43,052 nucleotides of DNA from a virus (taxonomy: Duplodnaviria; Caudoviricetes), in the IMG/VR virus record IMGVR_UViG_3300044983_000249, positions 1 to 43,052 of that record. One strand, 5' to 3'. The notes below the pieces were generated by a model. The model saw only the letters and a program-made list of their open reading frames with translations, ran no database searches and was not told the origin of the DNA. Every line of letters begins with the position of its first letter. Position 1 is the first letter of the stretch. The position numbers were made by a program, and so were the translations under genes. This document shows, piece by piece, positions 26,236 to 35,518 of the stretch.

Positions 26236-27444
26236 TCAGTTCGTGGTCGCGAGCACCTTCCAGGCCGGCGTGCCACCGCGGCCTACGGCAATGAAGCCGC
26301 ATCGACCCGTCATGACGAGGTTCACGTCATTGGGGCAATCGAAGGAGTTTACCGCAGAACTTCCGTGAGTGACCGTGTGGGTGCCGGTGCCGCTGAACTC
26401 GACGAGCAGCACCCGGCCCTCCGCGCAACCGCTCACGGTGCCGAGCGTGATATTCCCCGCGGCGCTCGTGAACCGAAGACGTATGACGTTGCCGAGCGTG
26501 ACATTGACGGAGCCGGTCCCGGCGTCGGTCTGCTCGGTGCCGAGCAAGAGCTGGTCTTCGAAATTATGCGGCCCCGTCCAGGGGGACGTGTTGAAGTCGG
26601 TGCTCCGGGTCACGGTCACCGCGTTGCTATTCGCGCCCGCCGTGGCCTCACCCGTCAGGGCCGCCCGCTCCCAGGTGAGCTCGAGCTCGTCGTTGCCCGC
26701 GTCGTCGGTGACGACGGCCACGACCGAGGTCGAGGAGAGGAAATTCAGGTTCGAGCGATCGTTCTCGGCGCTCCCGTTGTCGCGAATGCCGGCAAAGAGC
26801 GTGGCGTTGCTGTTCAGTGTCGCGGCCACGGCGCCCGTCAGGGCCGCCCGTTGCACCTGGTCGCTCGTGACGGTGATCGACGTCGACCCGGTCACATCCA
26901 AGGTGTGAGCCGCGAAGGCCAGGCCCGCGCCCGCGAGCGTGGACAGCCCCACCGCGGTCGGCGGCGCAGTTCCCGCGGTCACGTTGGCCACGACGGTGTC
27001 GGAGGCCTGAGCGGCCAGGCTCGTGAGCGGCACCGTGTTCAGGCTCGCGCTCCAGCCGTACCAACCCGTGGGGGTCAGCTGGAACTCCAGCGTGCCCAGG
27101 CCCGCCAAGTAGGTGACGGTGTCGGCGCCGTTCACGGTCGCATCCACGGCCTCCACCGATAGCGCACCCGTCGAGCCCTCGACCACGACCACGACCCGGG
27201 CCCCGGGCTGCTCGAGGTTCTTCGGCGGGAGAATGACCCGGAGGCCTGCCGCCGGCGGGGCTACGCGGACGACGTCGCCGTAGCGGGCCGCGTAGGGCCC
27301 GTCGATGATGATCTCGGTGACCCGGACCCGGGTGAGGGCCTGGCCGATGTCCTGGGCGAGTTCCTTCTGGATCTCGTTCAGTGTGCGACGGAGCTCGTCG
27401 AGGCCCGTCCCCTCCCGGAGGTCGCGAGCCCGAAAGCGTGCCAC
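26236..27444 (-). CDS. Tail fibre/tail-associated protein
   Basis: Thr/Ala/Gly-rich; repeated RAALTG motif; follows the adaptor gene. Confidence 0.65.
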   Translation of the reverse strand: MARFRARDLREGTGLDELRRTLNEIQKELAQDIGQALTRVRVTEIIIDGPYAARYGDVVRVAPPAAGLRVILPPKNLEQPGARVVVVVEGSTGALSVEAVDATVNGADTVTYLAGLGTLEFQLTPTGWYGWSASLNTVPLTSLAAQASDTVVANVTAGTAPPTAVGLSTLAGAGLAFAAHTLDVTGSTSITVTSDQVQRAALTGAVAATLNSNATLFAGIRDNGSAENDRSNLNFLSSTSVVAVVTDDAGNDELELTWERAALTGEATAGANSNAVTVTRSTDFNTSPWTGPHNFEDQLLLGTEQTDAGTGSVNVTLGNVIRLRFTSAAGNITLGTVSGCAEGRVLLVEFSGTGTHTVTHGSSAVNSFDCPNDVNLVMTGRCGFIAVGRGGTPAWKVLATTN

Positions 27445-27445
27445 C

Positions 27446-28183
27446 TCACGCCCCCCGGCGGCCGCGGGCGAGGCGATCGCGGCGGACCCGACGAATGGGC
27501 TCGGCCGCGTTCATGAGTTGGATCGATCGCTTGATCTCCATCCACACGTCGGCTTGCACCTGGACGGCCTCGGCCAAGGTCGCTTGCGCGTCGTCGTCCT
27601 TTTGAGCGACCCTTCGGACCACGGTCTGGATCGCCCACTCGAACCAGAGCTCGTCGTGGCCGTAGAAGACATTGCTGGGGGTGGTGATGTCGACCCAGAC
27701 CGGGAGATACCAGATCCGATAGTTCACCCCGCCCGTGCAGAGCGGAAAGAGCGCGATCTTGCCGCCCGTGATCGTGGTCGTGCTCTCGGAGGGGAGTGTG
27801 AGCGGGATCCAGTGCGTCGGGGCATCGCCATTCGACCCGCGCTGCTGAAAGTCCCGGCGCTGGGCAAAGCTCATGGGCTTGAGCGGCACCCATTCGCCCC
27901 CGAGCAGGACATCGACCCCGTAGACGCCCGTGGCTCCGTCGGGCCAGGACACCTCGAGGTATTGCTCGGTCGAGACCGGCGGGGTCGTCGGCAGGGCCGC
28001 GATGGTGGTCGGGGTGGTCAACCCCGGCATGCCCGCGATCGCGAGCTTGGTCCGTAGACGCCTCCAGGCGCGATTGATCCACTTAATCAAGGTCGCGTCG
28101 GGGTGCCGATCGGTCAGGCCCTCGATGTCGGCCGCCTCTCGCACGTCGGCGATGAGGACCGTGAGAGTTCGAGAGTTCGCCAT
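27446..28183 (-). CDS. Head-tail adaptor / tubular protein A-like
   Basis: TLTVLIADVREAAD...LIKWINRAW...IALFP...YRIWYLP pattern of podoviral adaptors. Confidence 0.7.
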   Translation of the reverse strand: MANSRTLTVLIADVREAADIEGLTDRHPDATLIKWINRAWRRLRTKLAIAGMPGLTTPTTIAALPTTPPVSTEQYLEVSWPDGATGVYGVDVLLGGEWVPLKPMSFAQRRDFQQRGSNGDAPTHWIPLTLPSESTTTITGGKIALFPLCTGGVNYRIWYLPVWVDITTPSNVFYGHDELWFEWAIQTVVRRVAQKDDDAQATLAEAVQVQADVWMEIKRSIQLMNAAEPIRRVRRDRLARGRRGA

Positions 28184-28252
28184 GGTTGCTGCCTAAATTT
28201 CCCCAGGGCCCGCGCGAGGACAGCAACGAGCCCGCGGGGCCCCGAGAATCGG

Positions 28253-29107
28253 TCAGTCCGCTACGTGCGAGTGGATATCCTGACGGGTCACCCATACTTC
28301 GATGTCGTGGTAGACGTCGTCCGTCGCGTCGTGGCCAACGTGCACCTGGACGTTGTTCGTGCTCATCACGAGCGCGATGGACGGAGGAGGAAGGATGAAG
28401 AAGTCTACCGTCAAGTCGGTCGGCGCGGGACTCGCCGCGGACGGCGTGGCGAGGTCGGTCACGAAGAGCGAGAACGTCGTACTGGTCGCGGTGATGCCCG
28501 CAAGGTGGCGAGCGCCCGAGGCCGTGGCCGTCGCCGGAGAGTTGTTGAAGCCCGTGATGCGCTTCGGGGTGCTGCGCGCAATGGGGTGGGTGAGCGTGAT
28601 GGTGTTGGTCGAGTTGTTGCCGAGGCTCGAGCCGGCGCTGCAATCGTCGGTGTCGGAGGTGACGGTGTCGGTCGAGTACGTGCCGCGCACGGTGCACTGG
28701 CCATAGTCGACCACCGTGCCGTTGATCTCCCCGCGGGCCATCAGGAGCCGCGGGTTGCCGAGGAGCTTCGGGGTCGTCCCATCGTTGCCCCAGACGACCT
28801 GCTCCCATTCCTGGGTCCACGAGTCGTTGTCGGTCACCGCCGTCGAACGAAAGAAGACCCTCCGGAAGCCGCCGGCCTTGAAGGTCAGGCCGAGGGTCGT
28901 CAGATCCAGAGCGTTGCTCGCCGCGGTGTTGTCGGTCGTCTTGGCGCGCGCGCGGAACCCGGGCACTCCCCGGAGGGGTCCGCGGAGCATGGCCCAGGCC
29001 GCGACGCTGCCCGACTGGGCCGCGGCAGACAGGATCCAGTCGTCCTCGTCGATCAGCGTCGCGTCAAATCCAGGGGCGAAGGCGGGGCCGGGTACGGTGA
29101 GAGCCAT
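28253..29107 (-). CDS. Putative virion structural protein
   Basis: Thr/Ser-rich beta-type protein in the head-tail region. Confidence 0.6.
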   Translation of the reverse strand: MALTVPGPAFAPGFDATLIDEDDWILSAAAQSGSVAAWAMLRGPLRGVPGFRARAKTTDNTAASNALDLTTLGLTFKAGGFRRVFFRSTAVTDNDSWTQEWEQVVWGNDGTTPKLLGNPRLLMARGEINGTVVDYGQCTVRGTYSTDTVTSDTDDCSAGSSLGNNSTNTITLTHPIARSTPKRITGFNNSPATATASGARHLAGITATSTTFSLFVTDLATPSAASPAPTDLTVDFFILPPPSIALVMSTNNVQVHVGHDATDDVYHDIEVWVTRQDIHSHVAD

Positions 29108-29108
29108 T

Positions 29109-29465
29109 TCAGTAGGTGCTTTCTGGCAGTGGCGGCAGAGCGCTGCCGCTGTCGGAGCTCAGGGGGTCGGCGGGTGAGGCGACGAGCTTGACCAAGTCGA
29201 TCAAGGCCTGTTGCTGCTCGGGGTCGGTGAAGCCGAGGGTCTCGCAGAGCGCGGCTTGCTCGGGATCGATCGAGGGCTCGTCGCCCATCGCGTCGGCCAT
29301 GGGATCGTCGAGGGACTCCTCGTCGGGATCGTCCGGCAGATCACCGAAGTCGTCGCTGTCCTCGTCGGGCTCGGCGTCGTCCATCATGTCCTCGGGCTTC
29401 TCCTTCGGCTCCCCGAGCAGGAGCGCGAAGTCACCCTTGGGCTTTTTCTTGGGCGGGAACGGCAT
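29109..29465 (-). CDS. Highly acidic hypothetical protein
   Basis: Basic N-terminus followed by an Asp/Glu-rich body. Confidence 0.6.
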   Translation of the reverse strand: MPFPPKKKPKGDFALLLGEPKEKPEDMMDDAEPDEDSDDFGDLPDDPDEESLDDPMADAMGDEPSIDPEQAALCETLGFTDPEQQQALIDLVKLVASPADPLSSDSGSALPPLPESTY

Positions 29466-29468
29466 CGG

Positions 29469-29855
29469 TTATCCGCCCGTGATGAGCACCAGGCGCAGGG
29501 TCCCGGTGGGTGCAGAGTGGTCGGCGTCCTCGGTGGCGTCGTCCTCCTGGATGAGCCGGACCGTGGCCGTGCCGAGGGTGTAATCGACCGCGCGCACGGT
29601 GAGCAGGTGCCGGAGAGCCTCCGTCGCCGAGTCGGTGTTGTGCGTCCCGAAGCCGTGCAGGAACGTGAGGTCCTTCGGGAAGGTCAGGGTCGCGACCCCG
29701 GCGGTGAAGCTGCCGAGCGAGTACCCTTTGACGGGCTCGCCCGTGGCCGCAAACACGCCCGTCGAGGTCGTGAACGTGCCCTGGATGCACACGATGCACG
29801 GGTCCTTGCGGATGGACCCGCCACCGAAGGCCTGGGTCGAGCCCGGGGGCATCAT
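29469..29855 (-). CDS. Putative capsid decoration/minor head protein
   Basis: 128 aa, beta-rich, directly after the capsid gene. Confidence 0.55.
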   Translation of the reverse strand: MMPPGSTQAFGGGSIRKDPCIVCIQGTFTTSTGVFAATGEPVKGYSLGSFTAGVATLTFPKDLTFLHGFGTHNTDSATEALRHLLTVRAVDYTLGTATVRLIQEDDATEDADHSAPTGTLRLVLITGG

Positions 29856-29858
29856 GGC

Positions 29859-31232
29859 TTAGAGATCCACCGGGAAGGGAGCGCGACCCGTGCCCGTAAG
29901 GACCGCGTCCTTCTTCGGCTTGAACGAGATGTTGGCGGTCCAGCGCATCTCGTAGTCGTCCTCGTTGGTCTGCCGGAGCATGTCCGTCCCATCGTCGTCG
30001 ATGAGGTGGGGCATGCCGTCGTAGTGCACGAACTCCCAGTCGTCGGTGCGGGTCGCGAGCATGTAGTCGTTCGGCATGTCGATCTCGTCGATGATCTCGA
30101 ACGAGCCCGACATGTGCTCGAGGCAGATGGTGTTGTAGCTGAAGACCGCGCCACTCGACGCATATCGGGCATCGCCCGAGGTCTTCTGGGAGGTCTTGGC
30201 GGTCTTGCCCGAGTCGGTGCGCATGCGGCGCGATTCGAGGTGCCTCGAGACCTGACGGAAGCGCTTGGTGGATACGAAGATCTCCTGCCCGCCGCTCCAG
30301 TCCGCGCGCTCGCGGCCGATGTCGAAGAGCTCCTCGAACACTTCCTCGACCCCGAGCGTCGCGACGTCCGTCGTGATGAGCTTCACGCCGCTCATGCGCG
30401 GGTCACGCGAGCGGTCGACGCTCTTGTAGGTGTCGGTCGCGTCCGTGGCCGTGACCCAGGCCTGGATCGAGTCGAAGCGGTGGCCGAACTTGGCCCCCGT
30501 GTCGATGCCGCCTTTGAAGTCGTCGCGGAAGTAGAAGAAGATCGAGGTCGACTCGGTCCAGCCCGCTGGCGTCGCTGCCGAGCCGCCGAAGCTGGTGCTG
30601 ACCGTGACCGTGGGGGCCGCGCCGTAGCGACCCGTCAGAGCCGTGACATACCCGATCGCGGAGGTGCCACCGAGCAGGGTATGAGCGCTCGAGCTGCCGT
30701 CGTTGGCCGAGGCGTGCAGCTGGTCGGCGCGCGTCTCGATGTAGGCGATCGCCTTGGCATCGCGGGTGTCGACGGTGATGACGCCGTTCAGGATCGTGCC
30801 GCGGAAGAGCCACATGCCAGGGGGGCCGAGGACGCCGCGATTGACGCGGGTGCCGTGGGCCTGGAGCATGTTGTCGACCTTGACCTGCAGGGTCTTGGCG
30901 TAGGCGCCCATGCGGGCCTTGTCGTTGCCCGTGGCCGCGATCTCATCGTGCAGGATCTTGAGGTTGCCCTTGATCTTGCCGACGTAGGAGACGAAATCGA
31001 ACGGGGCAAGGTTGGCCTCGTTGTCGTTCGAGATGCTCTGCGCGGCAGCGCGGGAGCCTGCCCAGGCTCGACCACCGTGCAACAGAGCGGGTTGGCGGAA
31101 GTTCTCGCCCGAGTCTTGCCGGACGGAGATCTTGCCCTTGAAGACCGTCTTGCGATCCGACATGGCCGTGATGCGGCCGGGTTGCTCGAACTGGTCCTTC
31201 AACCACTCGTTGAGGATTGTGAGTGCAGCCAT
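29859..31232 (-). CDS. Major capsid protein
   Basis: 457 aa from MAALTILNEWLKDQF; first gene after its own promoter/leader; size and position consistent with an HK97-fold MCP. Confidence 0.75.
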   Translation of the reverse strand: MAALTILNEWLKDQFEQPGRITAMSDRKTVFKGKISVRQDSGENFRQPALLHGGRAWAGSRAAAQSISNDNEANLAPFDFVSYVGKIKGNLKILHDEIAATGNDKARMGAYAKTLQVKVDNMLQAHGTRVNRGVLGPPGMWLFRGTILNGVITVDTRDAKAIAYIETRADQLHASANDGSSSAHTLLGGTSAIGYVTALTGRYGAAPTVTVSTSFGGSAATPAGWTESTSIFFYFRDDFKGGIDTGAKFGHRFDSIQAWVTATDATDTYKSVDRSRDPRMSGVKLITTDVATLGVEEVFEELFDIGRERADWSGGQEIFVSTKRFRQVSRHLESRRMRTDSGKTAKTSQKTSGDARYASSGAVFSYNTICLEHMSGSFEIIDEIDMPNDYMLATRTDDWEFVHYDGMPHLIDDDGTDMLRQTNEDDYEMRWTANISFKPKKDAVLTGTGRAPFPVDL

Positions 31233-31434
31233 TGAGAGAAACGCCTCTCGCGCGCTCGCGCGGGTGGGGTGTTCGCGGTTCTCATGCCCGTGGGGCGGTG
31301 CTGCCTGTTTTACGCCCCGCAGTGGGGACACTCTCCGGTCCTGTGCAGGCGCGGAGGGCGGCGGTTTTCGACCCTGCCGAGGTCACTCCCATTGCTCCGA
31401 GGAACGCCGGGGACGTAGCCGAGGCTACACGCTC

Positions 31435-31463
31435 AGGGTGACCGGCCCGTTTCCGGTTGTCAA
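31435..31463 (-). promoter_or_regulatory. Putative capsid-operon promoter
   Basis: TTGACA (31463-31458), 17-nt spacer, CACCCT. Confidence 0.5.
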
Positions 31464-31472
31464 GCGCCTACG

Positions 31473-33017
31473 TCAGAGCCGCGTCCTCCGTCCCTTCGCC
31501 GGCCGCGCGCGGTGGGTGGGATTGCTCAGGCGCTGGAGCTTCTCCGCCCGGCGCATCGAGGCCAGGTTTTCGAGTTTTTCCTGGAGGGCCTCCCACTCTT
31601 CCGCGTTCAGCTTCGGCTTCTTCTCGGGCGTGACCAGGGCGAGCTTTCGGAGTTCGAACACCGCCCAGAGGCTGGAGTCGATGGCCTCGTCCGGGATGCC
31701 CTCCTGATGGGAATCACGGTCCTCGTTCCAGACCATTGCCTTGAGCTGCCCGATGAGGTGCCGGCATCTCGTCGGGTGGAGCTTGCCCTTGCCGTTTCGT
31801 AGGATGGCCTTCAAAGCTCGGATGAGCGGGAGCTTTCGGTGGTTGTTCTCCGCCGGCTGGGCAGGGATGCCGTAGTTGAGCATGCTCTTGCAGATCGTGG
31901 TCGCGCCGTGGCCCTTCGAATCCATGAAGATGTTGTGCGACCGGTAGAGCTTCATGAGCTTGCGGATCTCGGCGGCGAGCTCATCGTCGTCGAGGTTGAT
32001 CGTGCAGTAACTCTCGAGACACCGGAGCTCGTCGGAGTCCCAACGCTTGGCCCAGACACTGAAGCCGCACCCGTCCCGGTCGCCGATGTCGACACCGATG
32101 ACGACCCGTAGGGCGCCCTCCCGATCCCACTCGTCTTCTTCGTCGTAGAGGTTCCTGCCCGCGCTGAACGAGTAGACAAACGCCTCCGCGTTTTTCGCCC
32201 ACAGGCCCCGGTACTCGGTGACGAAATCCGGGTCGTCCTCGCTCCAGCCGTTCTCCTCGAGCTGGTCGGCAAAGTACTGGGCCGCCCCGCCCTCGTAGCC
32301 GATGTGCGGGTTATCGAGCGCGCTGAAGTGGTGGATGCTCCAGCGCGCCCGGAGCTTGACGACCTTCGCATCGAGTTCCTCCTCGTTGTCGTTGGCCGCC
32401 GTGAGCGAGTGCTCGCCCGTGATCTCGAACCAGAGGCCCTGCAAGGCCTGCCCCGGCGTGCCCATCAGCATGAGCTTGCCGCCGTAGTCCATGAGCGTCG
32501 GCTTGAGCGCGGAGCGGATGAAGTAGCGGATGAGCGAGTCCTCGAAGAGTTCGAGCTCGTCGATCACCACCTTCACGAAGCGCTTGCCGCGGGCTACCCG
32601 GTTGACCTGTTTCTTGTTCTCTCCGCCGGTGACGCGGATCTGGTAGCCGTTCGGGAAGGTGGCTTCGAGCCGGCTCTCGTTGAACTCGATGCCAATGCCG
32701 AACTTCTCGTCAAAGTCCTGCAGGCGGTCCCAGATGATGTCGCGCGCGCTGCCGATCGTGGACGCGATGTAGAGGCTCTTCTTGCCCGGGTGACTCCGCC
32801 AATCCTTGGCGAGCCAGTAGATGCACCCTTCCGTCTTGCCTGCGCGGCGACCAGCGAGGACCGCGATGTTGTTCGCAGTATCGTTGGCGACGAGGCCCTG
32901 GTGGTAGTGCAGGAACTCGCACCACGACGCCCACTCGGGATCGGGGGGCTTGTAGCCGAAGAGCAAGCCGACCTGAGCGAGGGCCTCGCACGGGTCGACG
33001 AGATCGTAGGCGTTCAC
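31473..33017 (-). CDS. terL: Terminase large subunit
   Basis: Walker A GRRAGKT, Walker B VVIDE, coupling motif MGTP, nuclease GVDIG and DEAIDS. Confidence 0.93.
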   Translation of the reverse strand: MNAYDLVDPCEALAQVGLLFGYKPPDPEWASWCEFLHYHQGLVANDTANNIAVLAGRRAGKTEGCIYWLAKDWRSHPGKKSLYIASTIGSARDIIWDRLQDFDEKFGIGIEFNESRLEATFPNGYQIRVTGGENKKQVNRVARGKRFVKVVIDELELFEDSLIRYFIRSALKPTLMDYGGKLMLMGTPGQALQGLWFEITGEHSLTAANDNEEELDAKVVKLRARWSIHHFSALDNPHIGYEGGAAQYFADQLEENGWSEDDPDFVTEYRGLWAKNAEAFVYSFSAGRNLYDEEDEWDREGALRVVIGVDIGDRDGCGFSVWAKRWDSDELRCLESYCTINLDDDELAAEIRKLMKLYRSHNIFMDSKGHGATTICKSMLNYGIPAQPAENNHRKLPLIRALKAILRNGKGKLHPTRCRHLIGQLKAMVWNEDRDSHQEGIPDEAIDSSLWAVFELRKLALVTPEKKPKLNAEEWEALQEKLENLASMRRAEKLQRLSNPTHRARPAKGRRTRL

Positions 33018-33021
33018 ATGC

Positions 33022-33636
33022 TCAGTCGGGTTCGAGCGCTTCGAGGCGGAGCTTCAGTTTCCGGATCTCGGTCCCGAGCTTGACGATCGGGTTCTCGTCC
33101 TCGCTCCGACTCTCGACGGGCTGGCTCTTCTGCTTCGGCATCTGCTCGAACCGGATGTCGATGCTCTTGCTCAAGGCCTCGAGATCGCCCTTCAGAAACG
33201 CGAGCGAGCGAAGCAAGGGCTTGACTACCTCGTGAGGGTCGCTGGCCATCTCCCGGAGCTCCTCCAGGTGCTTGACCTGGTCGGTCATCTTGCGGCCGAG
33301 CTCTCCCGCTACCCGGACTTGCTCCCCGCCTTCTCGGAGCGCGTTGCCGAGCTCGCGCTGGGTCTTGCCGATCTCCTCTACCTCCCGGTCGACGCGCGTC
33401 GCCATGGCCGAGACCATCTGCTCGAGGTTGGCCATGCGCTGGTTCAGGTGCGCGCGCTCCTGGATGCCGGCGAGGCGCTGCTCTTCGAGGGCCTTGCGCA
33501 GATCGAGGATGCGCGCGGCCAAACCCCGGTGCTCGTCCTGCTGGGTGGAGGGCTCGGCGTCGGCCCCGGGAGCGAGGCGGCGATCGTCGTCCTCGGTGTC
33601 GACGGGCGGCTTGATTGCTTCAGTGCGCTTGGCCAT
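33022..33636 (-). CDS. Coiled-coil hypothetical protein
   Basis: Heptad-rich 204-aa ORF between terS and terL. Confidence 0.65.
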   Translation of the reverse strand: MAKRTEAIKPPVDTEDDDRRLAPGADAEPSTQQDEHRGLAARILDLRKALEEQRLAGIQERAHLNQRMANLEQMVSAMATRVDREVEEIGKTQRELGNALREGGEQVRVAGELGRKMTDQVKHLEELREMASDPHEVVKPLLRSLAFLKGDLEALSKSIDIRFEQMPKQKSQPVESRSEDENPIVKLGTEIRKLKLRLEALEPD

Positions 33637-34228
33637 CGGTCATTTCCTTGGGCACGCGCCAATCGGTTTGCGCGAAGAGTCTTCGGACGGCCTCGGGGAG
33701 GCGGTCGGGGTTGGCGGCCATCTGCTGGACGATGCCGAGGACCATGTCCGCGGTATAGACGGCGGCCACGGGCTCGAGCATCGCCGTCACCTCGAGCTCG
33801 TCTGGCTTCTGGATATGCTCGCTCCGGAATTGCTTGAACCGGCGCTCCATGAGCCACTGGATGCCGCGAGTGTTGCGGGACTCGACCGTCTTGCTCACGG
33901 GCTTGCCGTTATCGTACTCGGTCGTCTCGGTGGAGGCTGACGGGTTCGAGCACTCGTCGATGTAGCCGGCGCGGATCGCCCCCTCCGCCTTGGCCATTCG
34001 CATGTAGAGCTCGGTGTGCAGGCCCGCGTCCGGGCTCTCTGCGCCTTGCTTGAGCCAACGCGTCAAGGTGACTGGGTGCACGTCGCACATCACCGCGGTG
34101 ACGTTGCGGAAGTCCCGGCCCTTCTCGTGGGTCTCGCAGAGCAGGTCGCAGAGCTCGCGGGTGAGCGTCGACTGGAACCGGTGGGTGACCGGGTCCTTCT
34201 GCTGGCGGGGAGGCTTCTTCGGGGCCAT
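33620..34228 (-). CDS. terS: Probable terminase small subunit
   Basis: HTH (AVMCDVHPVTLTRWLKQG), KAEG, QWLMERRF pattern; upstream of terL. Confidence 0.65.
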   Translation of the reverse strand: MAPKKPPRQQKDPVTHRFQSTLTRELCDLLCETHEKGRDFRNVTAVMCDVHPVTLTRWLKQGAESPDAGLHTELYMRMAKAEGAIRAGYIDECSNPSASTETTEYDNGKPVSKTVESRNTRGIQWLMERRFKQFRSEHIQKPDELEVTAMLEPVAAVYTADMVLGIVQQMAANPDRLPEAVRRLFAQTDWRVPKEMTDGQAH

Positions 34229-34473
34229 CAGTCGAGCGCCTCCACGTCGATGCGGTTGTCGACGAACGCGCTTTCGCCCATGCCCATACTGATGCTGGGA
34301 CCGAACTCCTGCATGAGCGACCAGAGCTGTCCCGACCAGAGATTGCCGTCGCTCACGCTCGCCCGCCGGTGCCGCTCGGGCAGGCCCAAGTCCGCCTCGT
34401 ACTCGTCGAGGATGCGGAGCCCGGTTTCGGTGAGCCGAGCCGTTGCGCGCTGATTCAGATTCAGCGTGCTCAT
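34228..34473 (-). CDS. Conserved phage hypothetical protein
   Basis: LNLNQRATARLTETG...QLWSLMQEFG pattern. Confidence 0.6.
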   Translation of the reverse strand: MSTLNLNQRATARLTETGLRILDEYEADLGLPERHRRASVSDGNLWSGQLWSLMQEFGPSISMGMGESAFVDNRIDVEALD

Positions 34474-35240
34474 GTCGCCTGGTCCAGCACCGTGCACACG
34501 GAGAAGTCCATGGTGAAGAGGGTAAACTTCTTGCCCGCGAGCACGATCTCGCACGGCCGAGCCATGTCGGTAAACGCGATGAGGTCCCCCGGCTTGACCG
34601 ACGGGGTCTTATACCAGGGCGTGTTGTCGAGCACCCATTCGGGCTCTCCCGCGTTGCCGCGCCGAAGCGTCTGGATGTAGCCGCCGAACTCCCCGGGCCC
34701 GACGGCGACGACCTCCTCGATGCGGGTCTTGTTGCACCCGATGTCGTCGGCCTCGTCGCCCTTCTTCTCAACGCCCATGGTCTTGGCGACGTGGAACGGG
34801 AGCTGGCCCATGACGGCTACGCGGTGACGTTCTTCCACCTCTCGGGTCATCACGTAGTCGCCCAAGGGCTTGATCCGCACGTTGACACGATCGAGTTCGG
34901 CCATGATCCCATCCATCGGAACGAAGTAATGGTTCTGCTTTCGCAGGTGCAAACGGAGCGGCACGGTGCGCTCTTTGACGTAGACGATCGCGCCCGTCTC
35001 CACCTCACGGGGTTGGCGACCCCCGGGCACCCAGCGCCCCGGGCCCACCGCGATGACCTCGACCAGGCGGGGACGGTTCTTCCTGCCGTCGAGCTTGATC
35101 CCGCCGTCATAGACGTCGATGACTGCACTGTGCAGCTTCTGCTCGATGTCCCCGCGCTCGAGCACGCTGCAGAAGTGGTGGTGCGGCTCGGTCTGGATGA
35201 AGGGCTTGACGTGCCAATCGATGTCGGGAGCCGCGGTCAT
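34470..35240 (-). CDS. groES: Tandem double-domain GroES/Cpn10 co-chaperonin
   Basis: Domain 1: VKPF...GGIKL...EVIAVGPGR...VETGAIVY...DGIMAEL; domain 2: IKPLGDYV...EVVAVGPG...VKPGDLIAF...GKKFTLF. Confidence 0.82.
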   Translation of the reverse strand: MTAAPDIDWHVKPFIQTEPHHHFCSVLERGDIEQKLHSAVIDVYDGGIKLDGRKNRPRLVEVIAVGPGRWVPGGRQPREVETGAIVYVKERTVPLRLHLRKQNHYFVPMDGIMAELDRVNVRIKPLGDYVMTREVEERHRVAVMGQLPFHVAKTMGVEKKGDEADDIGCNKTRIEEVVAVGPGEFGGYIQTLRRGNAGEPEWVLDNTPWYKTPSVKPGDLIAFTDMARPCEIVLAGKKFTLFTMDFSVCTVLDQAT

Positions 35241-35518
35241 GGTCGAGCCTCCGCCGCGCGCTTGGCGGCCTGCATGCGCTCGGGGTCGGTGTGCTGCAAC
35301 AGCCAGAGTTCTCGGAGCAGACCGATAGTCGCCCCCGCGAGCACGACCAGGTCACCGCTTGAGACACGCCTCGCCGCGTGGAGGGCCGTCACGTTCTGTA
35401 GTGCAGTCGTGAACAGGTCCCATGCGTGGTCATACCCGGACGGGTAGCCCTCGAGCAGATTGCGGATGGCCTGCACCGCGCTCGACTCGGCATCTGTCTG
35501 GGCTTGCTCGCGTGTCAC
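35237..35518 (-). CDS. Hypothetical protein
   Basis: Coupled 93-aa ORF. Confidence 0.6.
   Translation of the reverse strand: MTREQAQTDAESSAVQAIRNLLEGYPSGYDHAWDLFTTALQNVTALHAARRVSSGDLVVLAGATIGLLRELWLLQHTDPERMQAAKRAAEARP

Noticed and set aside
29211-31235. 674-aa + strand ORF, and similar long antisense ORFs such as 15-1337, 15762-17102 and 22821-23921
   Set aside because: Shadow ORFs opposite real genes, expected from high-GC codon bias; no motifs
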